Source: an uncultured cyanobacterium (GTDB lineage: Bacteria; Cyanobacteriota; Cyanobacteriia; PCC-6307; Cyanobiaceae). From it: a stretch of DNA of 64,000 nucleotides. Each line of letters opens with the position of its first letter. The first letter of the stretch is position 1. This document shows, in pieces, positions 9,856 through 20,086 of this stretch. The stretch covers positions 288,001 through 352,000 of the forward strand of contig CAVXWZ010000001.1 of NCBI GenBank assembly GCA_963765575.1, read 5' to 3'. The notes beneath the pieces were generated by a model. It made no database searches. It was given only the letters and a program-made list of their open reading frames with translations, and had not been told where the DNA came from. Made by a program: the position numbers and the translations under genes.

Positions 9856-11205
9856 ATGACCAGCTTGCGCAATGGCCTTGTGGTTGTGCTTGGCCTCGGC
9901 GCCTGTGCCGCCACTGCGGTGATGGCCAGGGAGGCGGTGGGCCCGGGTACCGGCAACCCGCGCATCCTGGAGAGCCCCAAGGAGGTGATCGACCAGACCT
10001 GGCAGATCGTCTTCCGCGACTACCTCGACATCAACGGCCAGTACACCGCTGAGCAGTGGCGAGAGCTGCGCCGCGAGGTGCTCGCCCGCAGCTATGCCAC
10101 GCCCAAGGATGCCCATGAGGCGATCCGCGGCATGCTCGCCACCCTCGACGATCCCTACACCCGCTTTCTCGATCCGCGGGAGTTCAAGGAGATGCAGATC
10201 GACACCTCCGGGGAGCTCTCCGGGGTGGGCATCCAACTGAGCCTCGACAAGGACACCAAGGAGCTGGTGGTGGTGGCCCCGATCAAGGGATCACCGGCGT
10301 TCCGGGCCGGCGTGCAGCCCAAGGATGTGATCACGGCCATCGACGGCCAGTCCTCCGAGGGGATGAGCACCGAGGACGCGGTGAAACTGATCCGGGGCAA
10401 GCCCGGCACCACGGTGACACTCACCCTGCGGCGCGAGGCCAAGAGCCTCGATGTGGCCCTCACCCGGGACCGCATCGAACTGCATGCGGTGGACCACCAG
10501 ATCAATGTGAGCCCCGATGGCACCCGCTTGGGTTACATCCGCCTCAAGCAGTTCAACGCCAACGCCACCAAGGACATGCGTGCGGCCCTGCGGGAGCTGG
10601 AGCAGGAGGGCGTGCAGGGCTACGTGCTCGATCTGCGCAGCAATCCCGGTGGCCTGCTGATGGCCAGTGTCGAGATCGCCCGGCAACTGCTCGATGAGGG
10701 CACGATCGTGTCCACCCAGACACGGCGGGGCATCGTTGACGTGCAGCGGGCCACGGGCCGTGCCCTCACCGACAGACCCCTGGTGGTGCTGGTGAATGAG
10801 GGTTCGGCCAGTGCCAGCGAGATTCTCTCGGGAGCCCTTCAGGACAACGAGCGGGCCGTGCTGGTGGGCCAGAAGACCTTCGGCAAGGGTCTGGTTCAGT
10901 CGGTGCGCAGCCTCTCCGATGGCAGCGGCATGACCGTGACCATCGCCCGCTACCTCACCCCCAGCGGCCGCGACATCAACAAGCACGGCATCGAGCCCGA
11001 TGTGGCGGTGAAGATGGGCGAGAAGGAGGCCCAGCGTCTCAAGCTCGAAGACATCGGCACCCAACGGGACAGCCAGTACCGCACGGCGGAGAGCACGCTG
11101 GTGAAGCAACTGCAGACCGCCGCCCGGGTGGACCGGCCCTACAAGCCCGGCAGCGCCAATCTGCCTGCGGCCCTGCCCACCGCTGAAGCCCTCACACCGC
11201 GTTGA
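9856..11205 (+). CDS. Carboxyl-terminal processing protease (S41, CtpA family)
   Basis: LDDPYTRF, PDZ domain GVGI, DLRSNPGG, SASASEI, TFGKG. Confidence 0.93.
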   Translation: MTSLRNGLVVVLGLGACAATAVMAREAVGPGTGNPRILESPKEVIDQTWQIVFRDYLDINGQYTAEQWRELRREVLARSYATPKDAHEAIRGMLATLDDPYTRFLDPREFKEMQIDTSGELSGVGIQLSLDKDTKELVVVAPIKGSPAFRAGVQPKDVITAIDGQSSEGMSTEDAVKLIRGKPGTTVTLTLRREAKSLDVALTRDRIELHAVDHQINVSPDGTRLGYIRLKQFNANATKDMRAALRELEQEGVQGYVLDLRSNPGGLLMASVEIARQLLDEGTIVSTQTRRGIVDVQRATGRALTDRPLVVLVNEGSASASEILSGALQDNERAVLVGQKTFGKGLVQSVRSLSDGSGMTVTIARYLTPSGRDINKHGIEPDVAVKMGEKEAQRLKLEDIGTQRDSQYRTAESTLVKQLQTAARVDRPYKPGSANLPAALPTAEALTPR

Positions 11206-11486
11206 CGATCCAGCCAGGCGACCCGCTGAGGCCAGCCGATTCAGCGCCTGGGGTCGGGGCTGGAGCGGCGCCGGCTTTGGTTCCGGCGTCGATCTGGAGT
11301 CTCAAACCCTGGTGGTGTCAACCCTGGAGCATCCTGCTCACGGGGGCGGGGGGGATCGCTGGCAGCTGGCTGTTGCTGCACCGCTGGTGGATCACGGCGC
11401 CGGCAGCCCTGGCCGTGCTGGTGTGGTGGTGGTTGTTCCTGGTGCTGGTGCCGGCGAGCTACCAGCAGAGCGGCCGGCTGGACTGA
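11202..11486 (+). CDS. Small Trp-rich membrane protein (cyanobacterial hypothetical)
   Basis: WSLKPWWCQPWSILLTG motif with two hydrophobic segments; start overlaps the upstream stop. Confidence 0.75.
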   Translation: MTIQPGDPLRPADSAPGVGAGAAPALVPASIWSLKPWWCQPWSILLTGAGGIAGSWLLLHRWWITAPAALAVLVWWWLFLVLVPASYQQSGRLD

Positions 11487-11522
11487 GTGCTCACCACCGG
11501 CTGTTTTACGCCACAGGTTGGT

Positions 11523-11690
11523 TCACGCCACCGGCTGCATCAGGCCGCCGCCGGGGCCGGAATCGTCGTCGTCATTGGGGCGGTCGTCCTGGAGCAGGGC
11601 GTAGAGGCCGAGGGCAAGCACGCTGACCACGGTGGACACCAGCTGCAGCGCCCCTGCGGAGTTGCGGCCCACGTCGATCAGTTCACCCAT
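11523..11690 (-). CDS. 55-aa single-TM small protein with acidic C-terminal tail
   Basis: Own translation (below the track cutoff): MGELIDVGRNSAGALQLVSTVVSVLALGLYALLQDDRPNDDDDSGPGGGLMQPVA. Confidence 0.7.
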   Translation of the reverse strand: MGELIDVGRNSAGALQLVSTVVSVLALGLYALLQDDRPNDDDDSGPGGGLMQPVA

Positions 11691-11757
11691 GCCTGTTCTC
11701 CTGCCGCAGCTTCAAGAAAGTTTGCACAAGTGTAACGAACATTTGCCGGCCCGTGGC

Positions 11758-14700
11758 CTACGGGGTGAGCACGGCCTCGTTTCGCTGCCGCTGCTGCGCG
11801 GCCCGCTGCTCGGCATTGAGCCCATCGGCGCCAGGAATCTGGGCCTCCATGGCCTGCAGCCAGGTCTTCAGTTCCTCCAGCTGCCTGTCCATCGGCAACA
11901 CCCCCAGTCCCCGGGCCAGCACCTTGGCGGTGCTCCCGGTGCCCCCCTGATACACCAGCCGGCCATGCAGGTGCTGGGGTAGCCCCTGGCGCAGCAGCCG
12001 GAAGGCCGGTTCCTCCATCGGTGTTTCCAGCACGATGTTGGGCTTGTCCGGCCGGATGCGTGCGAAACCGCAGCGCCGGGCCAACAGCTTCAGCTCCATC
12101 AGCTGCAGCAGGGCGATCACCGGCTGGGGCAGGGCGCCGTAGCGATCGACCCAGCCGGCGGCGAGTTCCAGCAGTGCCTCCCGGCCGCTGCAGCCGGCGG
12201 CGGCGCGGTAGGCGGCGATCTTCTCGTCGTTGTCGGTGATCCAGTCGCCGGGAATGAAGGCGGTGATCGGCAGGTCGATCTGGGTGTCCTCCACCTGGGG
12301 AATGTCCTGGCCCTGGATCTCGGCCAGACACTCCTGCAGCATCTCCATGTAGAGGTCGAAGCCGATCAGCTCCATCTGGCCGCTCTGCTGCACCCCCAGC
12401 AGGTTGCCCACGCCGCGGATCTCCATGTCGCGCATGGCCAACTGGTAGCCGCTGCCCAGCTGGGCAAACTCCTGGATCGCCCGCAGCCGCTGCCGTGCCG
12501 CGGCACTCAGCGAGGCATCACCGGGATAGAAGAGCCAGGCGTGGGCCTGGACGCCGCTGCGGCCCACCCGGCCGCGCAGCTGATACAGCTGGGCCAGGCC
12601 GAACTTGTGGGCGTCCTCGATCAGGATCGTGTTCACCCGGGGGATGTCGAGGCCGCTCTCCACGATCGTGGTGCAGAGCATCAGATCGGCCTCGCCGGCG
12701 TTGAAGGCCACCATGGCGCTCTCCAGCTCGCCTTCGGCCATCTGGCCATGGGCCACCAGCAGCTTCAGGCCCGGCAACATCGCCCGCAGCCCCTCGGCCA
12801 CCACCTCAATCCCCTCCACCCGGGGCACCACGTAGAACACCTGGCCACCGCGGTCCACTTCCTGGCGGATGGCACTGCGCACCACCTCCTCATCCAGGGC
12901 CGCGAGGTGGGTCTTGATCGGCCGCCGCAGGGGTGGTGGTGTGGTGATCAGGCTCATCTCCCGCACCCCCGACAGGCTCATGTAGAGCGTGCGCGGGATT
13001 GGCGTGGCGGAGAGCGTCAGCACGTCCACGTCTTTCCTGAGGGCCTTGATCTTTTCCTTCTGGTTCACGCCGAAGCGCTGTTCCTCATCCACCACCAGCA
13101 GGCCCAGTTGCTGGAAGCCGGTGCCCTTGGAGAGCAGCTGGTGGGTGCCCACCACCACATCCACCGTGCCCTCGCGCAGGCCATCGAGAATCGTGCGCCG
13201 CTCGCCAGCGGTGCGGAAGCGGTTGAGCAGGCTCACCTTCACCGGATAGGGGGCGAAGCGCTCCGAGAGCGAGCGCCAGTGCTGCTGGGCCAGCACCGTG
13301 GTGGGCGCCAGCATCGCCACCTGTTTGCCGGCCGTCACCGCCTTGAAGATGGCGCGGATGGCCACTTCGGTCTTGCCGAAGCCCACATCGCCGCACACCA
13401 GCCGGTCCATCGGCTGGGGCAGCTGCATGTCGCGCTTGACATCGGCGATCGCCTTCACCTGGTCGGGGGTGGGCTCGTAGGGGAAGGAGTCCTCCAGTTC
13501 GCCCTGCCAGGGGCCGTCTTCGGGGAAGGCGAAGCCCGGAGCCTTGTGGCGCTCGGCGTAGAGCTTCACCAGGTCGAGCGCCACCTTGCGGATGGCCTTG
13601 CGGGCCCGCTCCTTGGCCTTGGTCCAGGCCGTGCCGCCCATGCGGTTGAGGTCGGGCGGGCTCTCGCCGGTGGCCCGGTAGCGGCCCAGGCTGCCGAGCT
13701 GGTCGGCGGCCACCCGCAGCAGCCCATCGGCGTACTGCACCGCCAGGTAGTCGCGCTCCTCGCCGCCGATCGCCAGCTTCTCCAGGCGCAGGAAGCGGCC
13801 GATGCCGTGGTTGCGGTGCACCACAAAGTCGCCGGGTTGCATCTTGCCCGGATCCACCGTGCGGCTGGCGGCCTTGCGGCGGCGGCGCACGTAGCCCGTG
13901 GCGGCCAGGGCGTGCTGGCCGAAGAACTCCCGGTCGCTGATCAGCACCAGCTTCCAGGCCGGCAGCTGCAGGCCCTCCAGCTCGGCGGTGCCGCGCAGCT
14001 TCAGCGCCACCGGTGTGTTCTGTTCGATCAGGCGCTCGATCGCCGGATGGTCGCCGGGGTTGGGCACGAAGCGGGTGACGCAGTCGTGCTCCTCCAGCAG
14101 CGCCACCGCCCGCGAGGGCTGGGCCGAGAGCAGCCACACCCGGGCCTTCTCCTGCTGGAAGCCCTTGATCAGGGCCGCCAGCTTGCCGAAGGCATTGGGG
14201 TGCGCCGGCACCGAGCGGGAGGCCAGATCGAAGCTGTTGGGATGGGTATCGCTCTCGTGCAGCTCGGCCAGATCGAAGCCGCCGAAGCGCTCGCTGGCCT
14301 CGGCCAGGGCCTCGGCCGGCGGACGGTGCAGCACCGGCGGCAGCTCGGCCGCCAGCTCCGCCGCCACCTCGCTGTGGTGCTCCAGCACGTGGTCGAACCA
14401 CTGCTGGCCGTGGGCGAGGGCGGCGCGGCGCTCGTCGATCGCCACCAGGGTGGTGGCGGGCAGGTAGTCGAGCAGGCTGGCGGGGCGCCGCCAGGCCAGG
14501 CCCATCAGCCGACGCAGCCCCTCGGGGGTGCCGCCCTCCAGCAGCTGCTCCAGGGCCTCCGGCGGCAGCAGCTGCTCGAGCGCGGCGGGCATCGTGTCGC
14601 GCAGGTCGGCCGCCACCAGGGGCCCGTAGCCGGTGGGGGTGAGACGCAGCACCTCGATCGGGTCGAGGGAGCGCTGGCTGGCGGGGTCAAACTCGCGCAG

Positions 14701-15339
14701 CTTCTCCAGGTCCTCGCCGAAGAATTCCAGCCGCACCGGCAGCTCGGCACTCACCGGGAACACGTCGACGATGTCGCCGCGTCGACTCCAGCTGCCCTCC
14801 TGCTCGATCGTGCTCACCCGCTCGTAGCCCAGCCGGGTGAGGGCGTGGCCCAGCTCCTCGAGATCGAGGCTGGCGCCACGGCGCAGGCTCAGGCACTGCT
14901 CGCGCAGGGCCTCGGGTGGCGGCAGATGGGGCTGCAGGGCCCGTTCGGTGGCCACGATCGCCAGGCCGGAGCCGCGGCCCTTCTCCCCGGCCGCCTCGTC
15001 GCCGTCCAGCAGTTCGCTGAGCACCTGCAGCTGGCCCCAGGTGATCTCGCTGGTGGGGTCAAAGGGTTCGTAGGGGCTGCCCTCACTGGTGGGGTAGAGC
15101 TGACAGCTGCGCCAGCCCATCAGCTCCAGCAGCGCCGCCCAGCGCCCCGCCTCCTCCAGGGTGGGCACCACCACCAGCAACGGGGCTTCGGCCAGGCCCG
15201 CCAGGGCGCCGCTGACCAGGGCCCGGGCCGCGCGGCCGGCGCCGCTGAGGCGCAACCGCTGGGGCCGGCGGGTGCGCTCCAGCACCTCCCCGGTGAGGGG
15301 CACCTGCTGCAGCTGGCGCACCAGGGGGGAGAGGGGCAT
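11758..15339 (-). CDS. mfd: Transcription-repair coupling factor
   Basis: UvrB-homology region, CarD-like domain (VVHRNHGIGRF), GDVGFGKTE, DEEQRFGV, QLRGRVGRS. Confidence 0.97.
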   Translation of the reverse strand: MPLSPLVRQLQQVPLTGEVLERTRRPQRLRLSGAGRAARALVSGALAGLAEAPLLVVVPTLEEAGRWAALLELMGWRSCQLYPTSEGSPYEPFDPTSEITWGQLQVLSELLDGDEAAGEKGRGSGLAIVATERALQPHLPPPEALREQCLSLRRGASLDLEELGHALTRLGYERVSTIEQEGSWSRRGDIVDVFPVSAELPVRLEFFGEDLEKLREFDPASQRSLDPIEVLRLTPTGYGPLVAADLRDTMPAALEQLLPPEALEQLLEGGTPEGLRRLMGLAWRRPASLLDYLPATTLVAIDERRAALAHGQQWFDHVLEHHSEVAAELAAELPPVLHRPPAEALAEASERFGGFDLAELHESDTHPNSFDLASRSVPAHPNAFGKLAALIKGFQQEKARVWLLSAQPSRAVALLEEHDCVTRFVPNPGDHPAIERLIEQNTPVALKLRGTAELEGLQLPAWKLVLISDREFFGQHALAATGYVRRRRKAASRTVDPGKMQPGDFVVHRNHGIGRFLRLEKLAIGGEERDYLAVQYADGLLRVAADQLGSLGRYRATGESPPDLNRMGGTAWTKAKERARKAIRKVALDLVKLYAERHKAPGFAFPEDGPWQGELEDSFPYEPTPDQVKAIADVKRDMQLPQPMDRLVCGDVGFGKTEVAIRAIFKAVTAGKQVAMLAPTTVLAQQHWRSLSERFAPYPVKVSLLNRFRTAGERRTILDGLREGTVDVVVGTHQLLSKGTGFQQLGLLVVDEEQRFGVNQKEKIKALRKDVDVLTLSATPIPRTLYMSLSGVREMSLITTPPPLRRPIKTHLAALDEEVVRSAIRQEVDRGGQVFYVVPRVEGIEVVAEGLRAMLPGLKLLVAHGQMAEGELESAMVAFNAGEADLMLCTTIVESGLDIPRVNTILIEDAHKFGLAQLYQLRGRVGRSGVQAHAWLFYPGDASLSAAARQRLRAIQEFAQLGSGYQLAMRDMEIRGVGNLLGVQQSGQMELIGFDLYMEMLQECLAEIQGQDIPQVEDTQIDLPITAFIPGDWITDNDEKIAAYRAAAGCSGREALLELAAGWVDRYGALPQPVIALLQLMELKLLARRCGFARIRPDKPNIVLETPMEEPAFRLLRQGLPQHLHGRLVYQGGTGSTAKVLARGLGVLPMDRQLEELKTWLQAMEAQIPGADGLNAEQRAAQQRQRNEAVLTP

Positions 15340-15424
15340 GGGGAACCACATCGCAGCCCCCGATCTTCGCAATCGCCGGCCGCCGCTGCTGCCGCTCGGC
15401 CGCGCCTGGGTCCAGAATTGCGCC

Positions 15425-16348
15425 GTGGCCCGCTATCTCTGCACCCACTGCCGCCACCGGCCCCAGGCCCTGTGCCGCCGGCCCGATGGCACCTGGATCT
15501 GCCAGCACTGTGGTGGTCCCCTCCAGCGGCGGCTGCCCACGGGGCCGTTGCTGTTGGCGGGCCTGCCGCTGCTGGGGGCGGCGCTGGTGGCCCTCGGCTT
15601 CGGCTTCGCCGTGCTGCCCGCGGGCCCGCAGCGCCTGCAGCGCCTCACGGGCCTGAAGCTCCCCACGGTGGACGAGCTGATCCTGGCCCTGGACCCGCCG
15701 GGCTCGCTGGCTGCCCTGGTGCCGCCGCCCCAACCCGCCGGCCTCGAGGGCATCGACCCCACAGCGCTGCTGGCCCTGCTGGCCCGGGCCGATGCCGCCT
15801 GGACCCCCCGGGCCGAGCCGCTTGCCGATGGCCGCACCCGCTACCACTACAAGCGGCGCAGCGGCGACCCCCAGCTGTCGGTGGCCGAGATCCGCTCCCT
15901 GATCGCCAATCCGCCCAGCTACGGACAGGAGCGGCAGGCCATCGGCGAGCTGCTGGAGGTTCTCGGCCAGGTGGGGGTGCGCATCGAGCTCAGCCAGCCC
16001 CGCAAGACGGGCGCGGCCGGAGAGTGGGACCCCCTGGCCCGCAGCCTGCGCATCCGGCCGGACGTGGCCAGGAGCGGCAGTGTGGAGTTCTTCCAGGTGC
16101 TCAACCATGAGGCCGTGCATGTGGCCCAGAGCTGCAGCAACGGCCATCTGCGCGCCACGCCCCGGCCCGTCGAGGTCAGCGAGCAGGTGCCGGCCGCCCT
16201 GGCGCCGGTGCTCAACGATCCCCTCTACAGCCAGGCATCCGCCATGGAGCGCCGTCTGGAGCGGGAGGCCTATGCCAACCAGGACCAGCTCGGCTTCGGG
16301 GCGCAGCTGGTGCGTCGCCACTGCCGCTCAGCTGCCGGCAACGCGTGA
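15425..16348 (+). CDS. Hypothetical membrane protein: N-terminal Zn ribbon, TM helix, HExxH metallopeptidase-like domain
   Basis: CTHC...CQHC, hydrophobic stretch, LNHEAVHVAQ...EREAY. GTG start at 15425 chosen to avoid overlap with mfd. Confidence 0.7.
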   Translation: MARYLCTHCRHRPQALCRRPDGTWICQHCGGPLQRRLPTGPLLLAGLPLLGAALVALGFGFAVLPAGPQRLQRLTGLKLPTVDELILALDPPGSLAALVPPPQPAGLEGIDPTALLALLARADAAWTPRAEPLADGRTRYHYKRRSGDPQLSVAEIRSLIANPPSYGQERQAIGELLEVLGQVGVRIELSQPRKTGAAGEWDPLARSLRIRPDVARSGSVEFFQVLNHEAVHVAQSCSNGHLRATPRPVEVSEQVPAALAPVLNDPLYSQASAMERRLEREAYANQDQLGFGAQLVRRHCRSAAGNA

Positions 16349-17089
16349 CGGCAGCTCCACCGTGGCCGGGTTGATCAGGGCCTCCTCCAGGAGCATGTTG
16401 AACTGCAGCAGCTGGCTGTCGCTGAGCTGCTGACGGCTGGCGAGGCTGAAGTGCTGCTCCAGGAAGCGGCGACCGTGGCCGGCGTTCCAGCCCAGCTGCG
16501 CCATCAATTGGTCGCACTGCTCGAGCAGGTCCGGCCGGCGCAGGGGCACGGGTGCCTGGGCGGGATCGCTGCCGCTGGCCAGGTCCTGCAGCACCTGCAG
16601 GTAGGCCATCAGGTCGCGGAAGGTGGTGATGCGGGCCCTGCTGGGGTGGGCGAAGGCCCGCTGCAGGTAGATGGATTCCTGGTCGCGCTGCCAGCCGATC
16701 CGCTGCAGCTGCAGATCGATCTGGGCCAGCTCGCTGCTCCAGTCCTCCGGATCGGCCGCCGGTTCCTCCGGCGGCGCTGGCGCGTCCTCGGCTGTGGGTT
16801 CCTCCCTGGCCGCTGGCGGGCTTGTGGCGGCTGGTTCTGCCCGGGGGGGCGGAGCGCTGAGGGCCACCGGTCTGCCGGCTGGTTTGGGGTCTGGCTGCCG
16901 CGGGGGCTGGCTGCCCGACTGCGGCTCCGCCAGCCGCTGGCGCAACCGCTGCAGGGCCCGGTCCTCCGCCGCCTCCGCCGTCGTTCCCTCCCCCAGGGCG
17001 CTGGCCACGGTCAGCCCCTCGCGCTGGGCCGTGACCTCCACCACCCGCGTGCCGGGTTCGGCATGCACCAGCCGCGCCAGGAGCTGCAT
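16328..17089 (-). CDS. Hypothetical protein
   Basis: ASALGEGTTAEAAEDRA N-domain, Pro/Ala linker, two helical repeats (LQRIGW, MAQLGW). Confidence 0.8.
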   Translation of the reverse strand: MQLLARLVHAEPGTRVVEVTAQREGLTVASALGEGTTAEAAEDRALQRLRQRLAEPQSGSQPPRQPDPKPAGRPVALSAPPPRAEPAATSPPAAREEPTAEDAPAPPEEPAADPEDWSSELAQIDLQLQRIGWQRDQESIYLQRAFAHPSRARITTFRDLMAYLQVLQDLASGSDPAQAPVPLRRPDLLEQCDQLMAQLGWNAGHGRRFLEQHFSLASRQQLSDSQLLQFNMLLEEALINPATVELPSRVAGS

Positions 17090-17153
17090 CGATGACCGCC
17101 GTCAGACGCTCCAGTCAAGCGCCCTCCCTAGAGTGGTGGCCCCGCTGAACGAG

Positions 17154-17942
17154 ATGGAAGCCGGCACGATCGAGTCGCTGACGCCGGTGTTGGAGTCGGC
17201 GGATCAGTGGAGCGAAATCCTGCTGCTGCTGCCGCTGCTGGTGGCCCTCGAGGCGGTGCTCTCGGCCGACAACGCCATCGCCCTGGCCGCCATCTCCCGC
17301 CGCCTTCACGACCGCGCGCGCCAGGAGATGGCCCTCAACCTGGGGCTGGCGTTGGCCCTTGTGTTCCGCATCGGCCTGATCCTGGCGGCCCGCTGGGTGC
17401 TCAACTTCTGGCCCCTGCAGTTGGCCGCCTCCGCCTACCTGCTCTGGCTCTGCGGGCGCCACTTGCTGCTGGTGTTCTCTGGCCGGGAGGAGGGCTTCGA
17501 CCCCGATGCCGGCACGGCCGATGCCTCCCGGCCCCACCTCGGCGGCCACCCCGGCGAGCACCTCAGCGCCGGTCTGGGCAGCGTCATCGGCACCCTGGCA
17601 CTCACCGACCTGGCCTTCTCCATCGACAGCGTGGCCGCGGCGGTGGCGGTGAGTGACCGCATCGGCCTGGTGATCGCCGGCGGCGTGATCGGGGTGATCG
17701 CCCTGCGGCTCACCGCCGAGCTGTTCATCCGCTGGCTGGAGGTCTATCGCCACCTGGAGACCGCCGGCTACCTGGCGGTGGGCCTGGTGGGGTTGCGGCT
17801 GTTGCTGCGCCTCGGCCTGCCCGATCTGGTGCCACCTGAATGGCTGCTGCTCGCCGTGGTGGCGATGCTGTTTCTGTGGGGCTTTTCCGACCGCAAGCCG
17901 TCATCCGGCGCCGTCAGCCCCGCCCTGGCGGAAGCCGACTGA
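17154..17942 (+). CDS. TerC-family membrane protein
   Basis: LEAVLSADNA, DLAFSIDSV motifs. Confidence 0.9.
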   Translation: MEAGTIESLTPVLESADQWSEILLLLPLLVALEAVLSADNAIALAAISRRLHDRARQEMALNLGLALALVFRIGLILAARWVLNFWPLQLAASAYLLWLCGRHLLLVFSGREEGFDPDAGTADASRPHLGGHPGEHLSAGLGSVIGTLALTDLAFSIDSVAAAVAVSDRIGLVIAGGVIGVIALRLTAELFIRWLEVYRHLETAGYLAVGLVGLRLLLRLGLPDLVPPEWLLLAVVAMLFLWGFSDRKPSSGAVSPALAEAD

Positions 17943-17953
17943 GGCCTGGGTCG

Positions 17954-18316
17954 ATGCGGGTGGAACTGCGCGAGATCGGCAGCGATCAGCTGCTTGACGC
18001 CCTGGATGTGGAGGGTCTCAGCGCCGTGCCCCAGCCGGGCCGTTGGCTGGAGTGCGGTCGGCGCAGCTTTCTGGTGCTGCAGCGCCGCCATCGCTACCGG
18101 CTGCGCAGCGGCCGCTACGAGCTGGTGGCGGTGGCGCTGCAGGTGAAGCTCCAGCGACGGCCCAGCGATGCCCGCCGCTGGGGTGGCGGCTGGGTGATCG
18201 GCGATCCCCACTGCCGTTTCAATGCCCGCAGCCCCCTGTTGCGCTGCGCCGTGCTGCCCGAAGGTCCCTGTGAGCGCTGCAGCCACTTCACGCCGATCGC
18301 CCGGGCGGCCCCCTGA
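17954..18316 (+). CDS. Cys-rich cyanobacterial hypothetical protein (DUF6464-like)
   Basis: RHRYRLRSGRY, IGDPHCRFNARSPLLRCAVLPEGPCERC. Confidence 0.8.
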   Translation: MRVELREIGSDQLLDALDVEGLSAVPQPGRWLECGRRSFLVLQRRHRYRLRSGRYELVAVALQVKLQRRPSDARRWGGGWVIGDPHCRFNARSPLLRCAVLPEGPCERCSHFTPIARAAP

Positions 18317-18398
18317 TCCAGGTCGGCCGCGCCACGCCGACGGATGACCCTCCCGTATGGGGCCCGTAGGGTGAAGCAGATCCCGAGCGACGCTCCCC

Positions 18399-19787
18399 AT
18401 CACCAGCACCACCCCCAGCACCCGGCGACGCCGCCGGCCCAGCGGCGATCGTCCGGCCCAGGCCGGCCCGACCCCGGCGGGCGCGTCAGCGCAGGGAGCT
18501 TCGGCAGCGCCCGCGGCCGATCCCGCCAGCGCCGCGGCCTTCGCCGCCCTGGGGCTGGGCCAGCCGATCGTGCAGGCGGTGGCCGCCAAGGGCTACAGCG
18601 AACCCTCACCGATCCAGCTCCAGTGCATCCCGGCGGTGCTGGAGGGCCGCGACGTGATGGCGGCCGCCCAGACGGGCACCGGCAAGACGGCCGGCTTCAC
18701 CCTGCCGATGCTGGAGCGGCTGCGCCACGGCGCCCATGCCCGCGCTGGCGTGGTGCGTGCCCTGGTGCTCACCCCCACCCGCGAATTGGCGGCCCAGGTG
18801 GCGGAGAACGTGGCTGCCTACGGGCGCTACCTCGACCTGCGCAGCGACGTGGTCTTCGGCGGCGTCAAGATCAACCCCCAGATCAACCGCCTGCGGGCCG
18901 GCGCCGATGTGCTGGTGGCCACCCCGGGGCGGCTGCTTGACCTGCAGCAGCAGGGGGCCCTGCGCCTCGACCGGCTGGAGGTGCTGGTGCTCGATGAGGC
19001 CGACCGGATGCTCGACATGGGCTTCATCCGCGACATCCGCCGGCTGCTGGCGCTGATGCCGGAGCGCCGCCAGAACCTCCTCTTCTCCGCCACCTTCAGC
19101 GGGCCGATCAAGGCCCTGGCCCACGGTCTGCTGCACCAGCCCGTGCAGGTGCAGGCGACGCCGGAAAACCAGGCCGCTCCCCTGGTGGAGCACCTGCTCC
19201 ATCCCTGCGACATGGCCAGCAAGCCTGACCTGCTCACCCACCTGATCGCCAGCAATGGCTGGCAGCAGGTGCTGGTGTTCTCCCGCACCAAGCACGGCGC
19301 CAACCGCATGGCCGAGAAGCTCAGCCAGGCCGGCATGGCCGCTGCGGCGATCCACGGCAACAAGAGTCAGGGGGCGCGCACCCGGGCCCTTTCCGGGTTC
19401 AAGAGCGGGGACGTGCAGGTGCTGGTGGCCACCGACCTGGCCGCCCGCGGCATCGACATCCACCAGTTGCCGCATGTGGTCAACCTCGATCTGCCCAACC
19501 AGCCCGAGGACTACGTGCATCGCATCGGCCGCACCGGCCGGGCGGGCCACCCCGGCCATGCCATCTCCCTGGTGGCGGCCGAGGAGCATGAGCTGCTGCG
19601 CGCGATCGAGAGGCTGCTGGGCAGCCGCTTGCCGCGCGAGGAGGTGCCGGGCTTCGAACCCACGGTGCACTCGGCGCCAGCGCTCGATCTCAGCGGTGGC
19701 CGGGGCCGGGGTGGCCGCAGTTCCGGCGGTGCCGCCCGGGGCCGTCGGCCTGCAAATGGCAACAACCGACACAACCGCAACCGCTGA
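18399..19787 (+). CDS. DEAD-box RNA helicase (RhlE-like)
   Basis: Q motif FAALGL...[38 protein letters not shown]. The Q-motif Phe lies upstream of the first GTG (18570), so the start is tentatively ATC at 18399. Confidence 0.92.
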   Translation: MTSTTPSTRRRRRPSGDRPAQAGPTPAGASAQGASAAPAADPASAAAFAALGLGQPIVQAVAAKGYSEPSPIQLQCIPAVLEGRDVMAAAQTGTGKTAGFTLPMLERLRHGAHARAGVVRALVLTPTRELAAQVAENVAAYGRYLDLRSDVVFGGVKINPQINRLRAGADVLVATPGRLLDLQQQGALRLDRLEVLVLDEADRMLDMGFIRDIRRLLALMPERRQNLLFSATFSGPIKALAHGLLHQPVQVQATPENQAAPLVEHLLHPCDMASKPDLLTHLIASNGWQQVLVFSRTKHGANRMAEKLSQAGMAAAAIHGNKSQGARTRALSGFKSGDVQVLVATDLAARGIDIHQLPHVVNLDLPNQPEDYVHRIGRTGRAGHPGHAISLVAAEEHELLRAIERLLGSRLPREEVPGFEPTVHSAPALDLSGGRGRGGRSSGGAARGRRPANGNNRHNRNR

Positions 19788-19836
19788 CCTCCGCTCGGAT
19801 GGGTAGACACTGTGTCCGCCTGCGTCTGAGTTCCCC

Positions 19837-20055
19837 ATGCCCTATGAGCCCGGATCACTCCAGTGCCGCGTCCTGATCGACTGCAAGAGTCAGATCGAGT
19901 CGATGCTGCTTGTGCTCGGACGGATCGAGGACAGTGCTCCGATCCGTGAGCAGTTGCGGGGCGTGCACCAGCAACTCGAAGACCTGCACGGCCGCTACCG
20001 TCGCTCCGAGGTGTCGGGCGACGCCGATCAGCCGGCCACCCCCGCCATCTCCTGA
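19837..20055 (+). CDS. Small helical hypothetical protein
   Basis: 72 aa amphipathic sequence (MPYEPGSLQCRVLIDCK...) filling the intergenic gap. Confidence 0.7.
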   Translation: MPYEPGSLQCRVLIDCKSQIESMLLVLGRIEDSAPIREQLRGVHQQLEDLHGRYRRSEVSGDADQPATPAIS

Positions 20056-20086
20056 CGGATTTCTGGCGACCCTTCTGGCAGCGCCT

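Noticed and set aside
12541..16110. Very long alternative ORFs (e.g. 12541-16110 +, 32341-35184 + N-terminal part, 60483-63467 +, 41826-44144 -)
   Set aside because: They are antisense shadows of real GC3-rich genes and carry no motifs.
18344..18940. His-rich ORF upstream of the helicase as a frameshifted N-terminus
   Set aside because: The helicase frame is already open across this region, so no frameshift is needed.
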